Positions 1-5,910 of a DNA stretch of 11,928 nucleotides are shown here, one piece after another. A model generated the notes under the pieces. That model was not told the DNA's origin and ran no database searches. It saw only the letters and a list, made by a program, of their open reading frames with translations. The stretch spans positions 1 through 11,928 of the forward strand of contig CAVQNG010000033.1 in NCBI GenBank assembly GCA_963713825.1, written 5' to 3'. How positions within the stretch are numbered: position 1 is the first letter of the stretch; every line of letters starts with the position of its first letter. Made by a program: the position numbers and the translations under genes. The stretch is from an uncultured Acidobacteriota bacterium. GTDB taxonomy: Bacteria > Acidobacteriota > Thermoanaerobaculia > Multivoradales > JAHEKO01.

Positions 1-84
1 GACCTCGATTCCGAAAGAGACGTCAGGAGCCCTCGAGCACTCACCACCTGGCTGCGGTCCTTGTGTGGGGACTGGTCAGTCAGT

Positions 85-224
85 CACTCCGCGGCTCCAG
101 TCGATCTGCGAGCCATCGAACCACTGAAGGGCTCTCCACTGGCGATCGACGTCTACATCTGGCTCACCTACTGGACGAGCTATCTGCGCCGACGGTGCAC
201 GATCCCACAAGCAAGTTCGGCGCG
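85..224 (+). pseudogene. repA: Degenerate fragment of a plasmid-type replication initiator (RepA_C-like, IncW/pBBR1-type Rep family)
   Basis: Frame 1 reads HSAAPVDLRAIEPLKGSPLAIDVYIWLTYWTSYLRRRCTIP, which I recognise as resembling the RepA_C C-terminal block (approx. PvDlra...Lk.SplalDlY.WLtYR..yL.....IpW..l..QFG). The expected QFG-like motif appears as KFGA in a different frame (213-224), so there is a deletion plus frameshift. No convincing start or continued similarity on either side. Confidence 0.65.
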
Positions 225-436
225 TCGCCAGCCGGCTCGCTACCGGCGGCGACAGACTCTCACTCTGATTGCGCGACAACAGGACTCAGGTCGCTCCCCC
301 ACCCCAGCGGGTGGTGTGCTGAAAGCGACCCTTTCGGTAGGGTCGAGGGGTCTGAAGCGAAAAGCTGATCTGTTCACCGGTTTCGTGCTGCGAGATCGGG
401 CGATATGTTGCTTGAGAGCTCTTCAGGGAGGGGAGC

Positions 437-1168
437 ATGAGCGACAAAGTAGCCACGACCCAGTGGAGCCAGGTCCTCGCCGCCAGAGACGGTTCCGACA
501 CCGAAGCTCGGGCGGCTCTGGAGAGCCTCTGCCAGACCTACTGGCAACCCCTTTACGCCTACATCCGACATCAGGGCTCGAGCCCTGAGGAAGCCAGCGA
601 CCTCACGCAGGGCTTCTTTGCCGAGCTCCTGGAGAAGGATTTCCTCGCGGATGTCGACCCCTCGAAAGGTCGGTTCCGCGCCTTCCTCCTGGCCTCGCTG
701 CGACACTTCCTGTCCCATCAGAGGGATCAGGCCCGCACGCTCAAACGGGGTGGTGGCACCCGCACCCTGTCGCTCGATACCGGCGTGGCTGAAAAGCGCT
801 ACTCGGGAGAGCCAGCCTCTGGGCAGACTCCAGAGGAGGTCTTCGAGCGGCGCTGGGCCATGACCGTACTCGACCGCGCTATGGATCGGCTTCGCAAGGA
901 GTCGACGGCAGACACTGATCCGAACCAGTTCGAGCTTCTCCGCCAGTATCTGACGGGCGGCGAGCCTCACTCGCCCTACAAGCAGGTCGCCCACTCCCTC
1001 GGGATGAGCGAAGGGGCCGTCAAGACGGCCGTCCACCGTCTGCGCAAGCAATACGGCCAATCCCTACGAACAGAAATCGCAGAAGTCGTGAGCAATCCCG
1101 CCGATGTCGACGACGAGGTCCGACATCTATTGGCGGTCGTTCGACCCCAATCAGGATCGGGGGAGTAA
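437..1168 (+). CDS. ECF-type RNA polymerase sigma-70 factor, Ser/Thr-kinase-associated type (243 aa)
   Basis: GGGAGGGGAG RBS just before the ATG. N-terminal TTQWSQVLAA motif; region 2 (ALESLCQTYWQPLYAYIR...EEASDLTQGFF...KGRFRAFL); region 4 HTH (YKQVAHSLGMSEGAVKTAVHRLRKQY); C-terminal VDDEVRHLL extension. Followed by a Ser/Thr kinase, with no anti-sigma gene in the window. Confidence 0.95.
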   Translation: MSDKVATTQWSQVLAARDGSDTEARAALESLCQTYWQPLYAYIRHQGSSPEEASDLTQGFFAELLEKDFLADVDPSKGRFRAFLLASLRHFLSHQRDQARTLKRGGGTRTLSLDTGVAEKRYSGEPASGQTPEEVFERRWAMTVLDRAMDRLRKESTADTDPNQFELLRQYLTGGEPHSPYKQVAHSLGMSEGAVKTAVHRLRKQYGQSLRTEIAEVVSNPADVDDEVRHLLAVVRPQSGSGE

Positions 1169-1193
1169 CCAGTAGTCGGCAATCCGTCTATTT
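1165..1193 (+). promoter_or_regulatory. Putative ECF-dependent promoter for the kinase gene (-35 GTAACC, N14, -10 CGTCTA)
   Basis: GTAACC (1165-1170, overlapping the sigma TAA stop), 14-nt spacer, CGTCTATTT (1185-1193). Fits the general ECF AAC/CGT promoter signature and recurs with the same spacing at 8711-8739. Confidence 0.6.
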
Positions 1194-1246
1194 CTCTCGA
1201 ACCTGACAACCGTGGAGGGCTTCCGGTTGGAAACGGTCGAGAGAGA
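1191..1246 (+). promoter_or_regulatory. Stem-loop covering the purine-rich RBS region of the kinase gene
   Basis: TTTCTCTCGA (1191-1200) pairs with TCGAGAGAGA (1237-1246), 10 bp with one G-U. Inner stems: CAACC/GGTTG (1207-1211/1225-1229) and GGAG/TTCC. The ATG is at 1248. Confidence 0.45.
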
Positions 1247-1247
1247 G

Positions 1248-2036
1248 ATGAACCCCGCACCGCTGAAGTGCTCGGCCTGCAATACCCCGCTGTCGCAGGA
1301 AGGCGACAGCGTTGGCCTGTGTCCGGGGTGTCTGCTGGAGTTGGCGCTCGATGACACTTCTTTCGAGGCCGAAGTCCTAGAAGATCCTGAAGAAGCGCCG
1401 ACCCTCCAATACTCCGGCTACACCTTTGAAGAAGGTCAGATTCAAGGCGAGCGGTATCGGGTCCGGTCGCTCCTCGGCCGGGGCGGCATGGGCGAGGTCT
1501 GGCGGGCCTACGACTTGAAGCTCCGCCAGGATGTGGCGCTCAAGGCCCTGCGAACCGAGCTGATCGAGGATTCCGACGCACTCGAAACGCTGCGCCAGGA
1601 AGTACGCACGGCTCGCGAGGTGATCTCCCCCAACGTCTGCCGCGTCTTCGACCTCCAAGAGCTCGACGGTCAAGAGCTGGTGTCGATGGAGTACATCGAC
1701 GGCACCACGCTGCAGGAGATTCTCAAAGAACGGTCTCCTCTAGACCTCGACGAGGCGAGAGAGATCGCCTCCCAATTCCTGGCCGGCCTCGAAGCCATCC
1801 ACGCTGCCGGCCTGGTCCACCGAGACATCAAGCCCGAAAACGTCATGGTCACCCGCACCGGGCGGGTTGTCGTCATGGACTTCGGCATCGCCAAGGGATT
1901 AGGCGATGGCAAAGGGGGTCTCATCGCCGGGACCCCGGCCTACATGTCCCCAGAGCAAGGCGAAGGGCGAGGAGCTCGATGCCCGCTCCGACGTCTTCTC
2001 CGCCGGTGTTGTGCTGGCGGAGATGGTGGAGCCTGA
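1248..2036 (+). CDS. 5' part of frameshifted gene: Zn-ribbon plus Hanks-type Ser/Thr kinase subdomains I-VIII
   Basis: ATG 1248 after GAGAGAG. Motifs: CSAC...CPGC, GRGGMGEV, VALK, HRDIKPEN (1818-1841), DFG (1878-1886), GTPAYMSPEQ (ends 1958). Kinase similarity stops after 1958 in this frame. Confidence 0.85.
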   Translation: MNPAPLKCSACNTPLSQEGDSVGLCPGCLLELALDDTSFEAEVLEDPEEAPTLQYSGYTFEEGQIQGERYRVRSLLGRGGMGEVWRAYDLKLRQDVALKALRTELIEDSDALETLRQEVRTAREVISPNVCRVFDLQELDGQELVSMEYIDGTTLQEILKERSPLDLDEAREIASQFLAGLEAIHAAGLVHRDIKPENVMVTRTGRVVVMDFGIAKGLGDGKGGLIAGTPAYMSPEQGEGRGARCPLRRLLRRCCAGGDGGA

Positions 2037-5000
2037 TGGGGTCCAAACCTTGGAGGATCGCCGGGGCCTCTGGGAGGCGCTTCACCAGAAGACTCCCGAG
2101 GTTGCAGAGACGCCCTGGTCGCGAGTCATCGGCCGGTGCATTGCCGGAGATCCGGACGGGCGCTATGAGAGCGCGGCGGAATTGGCAAGGGCCCTCGAAG
2201 AAGTCACTCTCCGGGCTGTCGGCGATGACACGGCACACCCCTACCCCGGGCTCTCCGCCTTTCAGGAAGAGGACGCCCAGTACTTCTTCGGCCGGGAGCT
2301 GGAAGTCGAGGCTCTGTGGAAGAAGCTGCGCCGGCCGTCTCTGCTGGCAGTGATCGGTCCCTCCGGAGCCGGCAAGAGCTCCTTCCTGCGTGCGGGCCTG
2401 CTGCCGACGCTGACCAACGGCTGGCAGGCGGTCATCACGACACCCGGCAACCGACCCTTCTCCAATCTGGCTCAGGCCCTGGCCCCGAAGCTGGGCGAGG
2501 CGACCGGCACCGCCGAGCTGTTGCTGCGCTTTGACGAACCAGACATCGCGATCGAACTGCTCGCCGACTGGCGAAAACAGTCCAGGCACGGCTTGGTAAT
2601 CCTCGATCAATTCGAGGAGCTCTTCACCCAGAACCCGGAAGCGGTCCAGGACTCCTTCGCCGAGCTCCTCGGGCGCCTCCCTCTCGAAGCCGATCTCTTC
2701 GTGCTGCTCTCCATGCGGGATGACTTCGTGATGCACTGCCATCGCTTCGAGGCCTTGCGACCCATCTTCTCGGAGCTCACGCCTCTCGACCCACCGTTGG
2801 GCTCCGCCCTGCGCCGTGCTCTCGTCGAGCCCGCCCTGCGCTGCGGCTATCGATTCGAGGAGGAAGCGATCATCGAAGAGATGCTCACCGAGGTCGAAGG
2901 CCAGCGGGGGGCCCTGCCTCTTCTCGCTTTCGCCGCGGCCCAACTCTGGGAGCGCCGCGACCGTGACACCGGACTCCTGACCCGCAAGAGCTACGAGCAG
3001 ATCGGCGGAGTGAGTGGTGCGCTCGCCCAACACGCCGAAGCGATGCTTGACTACGTCGGCGAGGCCAACGTGCCGATCGTTCGCGAGCTCTTCCGCAACC
3101 TCGTCACCGCTCAAGGCACTCGTGCGGCGAGGGACCGGGAGGAGCTCCTCTCCGTCTTCGACGGCGAGCAGCCGGCCGGCAGAGGCACCGGCCGCTTCAA
3201 GACCGATGTAGGGGCGGGGCTTGCCCCCGCCCGCGGTGATGAAACGTCGGAGGTACCACAACCACGGGCGCCCGCAAGGGGCGCCCCTACATCCACCCGA
3301 GAGGACGCCGCTGGCGTTCTCTCTTCCCTCATCGACGCCCGCCTCCTCACCTCCTACGAGGTTCCGCCTACCGAAGAAGCAGCCGAACCGCAGCATCGCA
3401 TCGAGATCGTCCACGAATCGCTGCTGTCGAACTGGCCTCGCCTGGTTCGGTGGCAAAGGCAGGATGCCGACAGCGCGCAGATGCGCGACGAACTCAGGAG
3501 TCAGGCGAAGCTCTGGGACGAGCATGGACGCTCGGAGGACTACCTCTGGACCGGCACCGCCTTCAAGGAGTACGAGCTCTGGCGTGAGCGCTACCCCGGG
3601 GGGCTCACCCAGATCGAAGAGACCTTCGCCAAAGCGATGACTACGCTCGCCGAGCGCCGCAAGCGGCGGCGGCGAGTCGCGATCGGTGCGGTGCTGATCA
3701 TTGCCATAGCAATCGCCACGGCGATGGGAGTTTTGTGGCGCCAGAGCGAGGCGGCTCGGCAACTGGCGGAGGCCGAGACTCTCCGCGCCGAAGCCGGCAA
3801 GCTCATTGCGCTGGGTGAGCTGGAGATCGATACCTATCCGACAGCGGCACTCGCCTGGGCTACCAAGAGTCTGGAGCTGGCGGACACCCTCGAAGGGCGA
3901 AGGCTCGCGCTGCGTGCGCTACAGCAGGGCCCGCCAGCAACCCTGCTCAGGGCGGGGCACGACCCCGGTGCCGAGGGCAACCAGATCCGCGAGCTCGCTT
4001 TCAGTCCGAGCGGTCAATGGCTTGCAACCTCCGGATCGGAGAACGCCGAACTCCGCTTCCATGACGGCAGTAGCCCGGTAGTCGTCGGCCACTACTCGCG
4101 CACTGGTCAGTGGCTCCAGATCGCCTTCGGAGGCGACGATCTGTTGATCACCGATCAAGGTGGTGACCTCCGCTGGTGGTCGATTCCGGGCGGAGACGAG
4201 CTTCGGCGGGCTGAGCGTGATCGAGGTCGACTCCACTGGCCAGCAGCGGGCGGATACTTCAGCTACTCGAAAGCCGGGGGACAGGTGTCGATGCAATTCT
4301 GGCCCTCTGGAGAGGGACCCGCAAAACCTGTGGGTTCGATGCCTACCTGGCAGGCCACCGCCATCGATGCATCGGGCTCCGGGATGACGTACAGCCGGGA
4401 GGGAACCATCTACTGGCGCTCTCTCGAGGATTGGAGCCAGCCTCCCCGCCGGCTGGCTGAGCATGACGAGACGGTTGTCGAGCTCACCTTCCACCCCGGA
4501 GGCGAGCGCGTCGCCGCTGTCGATGAGTCGGGCGAGGTTCGGATATGGCCGGTCATCGATGGCGCGAGAGAGCCGCTCCGATCCCTGCAAGCGGGCGAGC
4601 TACGCCAGATTCTCTACGACCCGAGCGGGCGCTGGCTTGCGGCCCAGGGAGTCGTGGAGGGCAGCCCGACCGTTCGGCTCTGGGATCTGCTTGCGCCTCA
4701 GGGCGCTGTGCCCATGACGCTGCGGAGAACCGACGACGTCTTCGCCCAGTCACTCGCCTTCCATCCCAGCAAGCCTTGGCTGGTCACGGCCAACATGAAC
4801 GGCGCCGGTTTCTGGCCGCTCGATACACCGTACCCCTGGACACTGACTGGTCACGAGGGATCGGTATTCGATGTCGCCTTCACCCCTGACGGGAAGTGGC
4901 TGATCTCCGCTGGGAGCGATGGCGTCCAAGCCTGGCCACTCGCCGATCAGAATAATCGTGCCTCTCGACCCCTTCTTCGAAAGGAACTCCGATTCGCCGA

Positions 5001-5910
5001 GATCGATATTCAATCTTCGGGCCGACACTTGGCAGTAGCCGCACAGGACGGCACCGTGCTAGTCATTCCGCTGACCGGAGCTCCCATTCGCAAATTGAGC
5101 GGCTTCGCTGAATCCGCCACCGCGGCTGGCATTCTCGTTGCCTTCAGCCCCGAAGGTCGGCTGCTCGCTGCGGTGCCAAGATTCGCTCCCCCACAAGAGT
5201 CTGTCATCCGGGTCTGGGATCTCGACTCGAACGAGATGCGGGTTCTTGGACCGGTTACGGGCCAATCTGCCTATCTGCAATTCGTCGACAATGACTCACT
5301 CCAGTGGAGTGGCGCGAGCCAGTCAGGTGAAGGGGGAGGTGAAAAGACCTTCAACCTGGGTGATGGGAGTATCGAGATCTCCGCGGATACGGGGTCCGAG
5401 TGGTTCAGAACTGTCAGTCGGAGTCGCACCTTCGCGATCAGTGTTGACAAGGACCCGAGCTCAGCGGAGGGTTTCGAACTGGTCCGACACAATCTCGACA
5501 CAGGTCAGCCGCAGGCCATCGCGACTCATGGAGACAACACCTGGGCCATTGGCTTGGATCGCTCGGACCGCTGGCTCGTTACTGGCGGTTACAGCGACGG
5601 CCTAGTACGGGTGGGACCGGTCTCCGGCGATGAGCCTCATCTTCTCTACGGTCACAGAGGATTGGTGCGGGCCGTAGCCGTCTCGCCCGACGGGCGATGG
5701 ATCGCCTCAGGAGGCGACGATGGAACGGTCCGTCTCTGGCCGATGCCGGATCTGGAGAAACCGCCTCTCCACACCCTGCCTCACGAAGAGCTGATCGCCA
5801 AGCTTCACTCCCTCACTAACCTCCGCGTGGTCGAAGATCCTGAATCCTCCACCGGCTGGAAGGTTGAAGACGGTCCCTTTCCGGGATGGAAGGAGGTGCC
5901 AAAGTGGTGA
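1960..5910 (+). CDS. 3' part of frameshifted gene: kinase C-lobe, nSTAND1-type P-loop NTPase, TM helix and WD40 beta-propeller repeats
   Basis: AKGEELDARSDVFSAGVVLAEM continues the kinase (subdomain IX), and RCIAGDPDGRY is subdomain XI. nSTAND1 signature PYPGLSAFQEEDAQYFFGRE (from 2239); Walker A GPSGAGKS (2356-2379); Walker B VILDQFEELF; SMRDDF; GALPLL; IEIVHESLLSNWPRL. RRKRRRR then a hydrophobic helix (3676-3738). WD40 units such as GHEGSVFDVAFTPDGKWLISAG and GHRGLVRAVAVSPDGRWIASGGDDGTVRLW. Confidence 0.9.
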   Translation, partial: AKGEELDARSDVFSAGVVLAEMVEPDGVQTLEDRRGLWEALHQKTPEVAETPWSRVIGRCIAGDPDGRYESAAELARALEEVTLRAVGDDTAHPYPGLSAFQEEDAQYFFGRELEVEALWKKLRRPSLLAVIGPSGAGKSSFLRAGLLPTLTNGWQAVITTPGNRPFSNLAQALAPKLGEATGTAELLLRFDEPDIAIELLADWRKQSRHGLVILDQFEELFTQNPEAVQDSFAELLGRLPLEADLFVLLSMRDDFVMHCHRFEALRPIFSELTPLDPPLGSALRRALVEPALRCGYRFEEEAIIEEMLTEVEGQRGALPLLAFAAAQLWERRDRDTGLLTRKSYEQIGGVSGALAQHAEAMLDYVGEANVPIVRELFRNLVTAQGTRAARDREELLSVFDGEQPAGRGTGRFKTDVGAGLAPARGDETSEVPQPRAPARGAPTSTREDAAGVLSSLIDARLLTSYEVPPTEEAAEPQHRIEIVHESLLSNWPRLVRWQRQDADSAQMRDELRSQAKLWDEHGRSEDYLWTGTAFKEYELWRERYPGGLTQIEETFAKAMTTLAERRKRRRRVAIGAVLIIAIAIATAMGVLWRQSEAARQLAEAETLRAEAGKLIALGELEIDTYPTAALAWATKSLELADTLEGRRLALRALQQGPPATLLRAGHDPGAEGNQIRELAFSPSGQWLATSGSENAELRFHDGSSPVVVGHYSRTGQWLQIAFGGDDLLITDQGGDLRWWSIPGGDELRRAERDRGRLHWPAAGGYFSYSKAGGQVSMQFWPSGEGPAKPVGSMPTWQATAIDASGSGMTYSREGTIYWRSLEDWSQPPRRLAEHDETVVELTFHPGGERVAAVDESGEVRIWPVIDGAREPLRSLQAGELRQILYDPSGRWLAAQGVVEGSPTVRLWDLLAPQGAVPMTLRRTDDVFAQSLAFHPSKPWLVTANMNGAGFWPLDTPYPWTLTGHEGSVFDVAFTPDGKWLISAGSDGVQAWPLADQNNRASRPLLRKELRFAEIDIQSSGRHLAVAAQDGTVLVIPLTGAPIRKLSGFAESATAAGILVAFSPEGRLLAAVPRFAPPQESVIRVWDLDSNEMRVLGPVTGQSAYLQFVDNDSLQWSGASQSGEGGGEKTFNLGDGSIEISADTGSEWFRTVSRSRTFAISVDKDPSSAEGFELVRHNLDTGQPQAIATHGDNTWAIGLDRSDRWLVTGGYSDGLVRVGPVSGDEPHLLYGHRGLVRAVAVSPDGRWIASGGDDGTVRLWPMPDLEKPPLHTLPHEELIAKLHSLTNLRVVEDPESSTGWKVEDGPFPGWKEVPKW
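3205..3293. repeat. Inverted pair of GTAG-family REP-like palindromes (REPIN-like) inside the STAND coding region
   Basis: Copy 1 (+, 3208-3232) is GTAG-GGGCGGGG-CTTGC-CCCCGCCC. Copy 2 (-, 3266-3290) is GTAG-GGGCGCCC-CTTGC-GGGCGCCC. They are 33 nt apart, and the outer flanks extend the inversion (GATGTAG...CTACATC). Confidence 0.8.

Larger units (their letters stand above)
1248..5910 (+). other. Reconstructed single gene (~1553 aa): Zn-ribbon-STK-nSTAND1-TM-WD40 receptor kinase with a one-base insertion at ~1957-1960
   Basis: The sequence reads ATG TCC CCA GAG CAA G GCG AAG GGC GAG. Removing one base from CAAGG gives the canonical YMSPEQAKGEELDARSDVFS with no other lesion. Confidence 0.88.

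Noticed and set aside
326-345. Hairpin CGACCCT-TTCGGT-AGGGTCG as a terminator
   Set aside because: It is a 7-bp stem with no downstream U-tract on the + strand and is plausible by chance at this GC content.
61-588. 175-aa ORF as a real gene
   Set aside because: Only ~85-207 looks protein-like (RepA relic). The rest is Arg-rich read-through overlapping the sigma gene out of frame.
1212-1247. GTG 1212 as kinase start
   Set aside because: It has no RBS. ATG 1248 has a purine-rich leader and puts the Zn ribbon at the N-terminus.
1944-1965. Programmed ribosomal frameshift or phase variation
   Set aside because: There is no slippery sequence or long repeat tract, and a product truncated mid-kinase has no evident function.
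3241-3251. 11-nt match GAAACGTCGGA between the REP spacer and 11877-11887
   Set aside because: It is too short to distinguish from chance in 12 kb and does not extend. Two units of this kind do not make a CRISPR-like array.
1921-3762. 613-aa antisense ORF and other long minus-strand or alternate-frame ORFs (374-1060, 6378-7403, 7289-8035, 10533-11417)
   Set aside because: These are shadow ORFs expected from high-GC codon bias. They overlap well-supported genes and show no recognisable motifs.
5886-5903. ATG 5886 as TBDR start
   Set aside because: The strong SD lies downstream of it, and it adds an acidic, atypical signal-peptide n-region.
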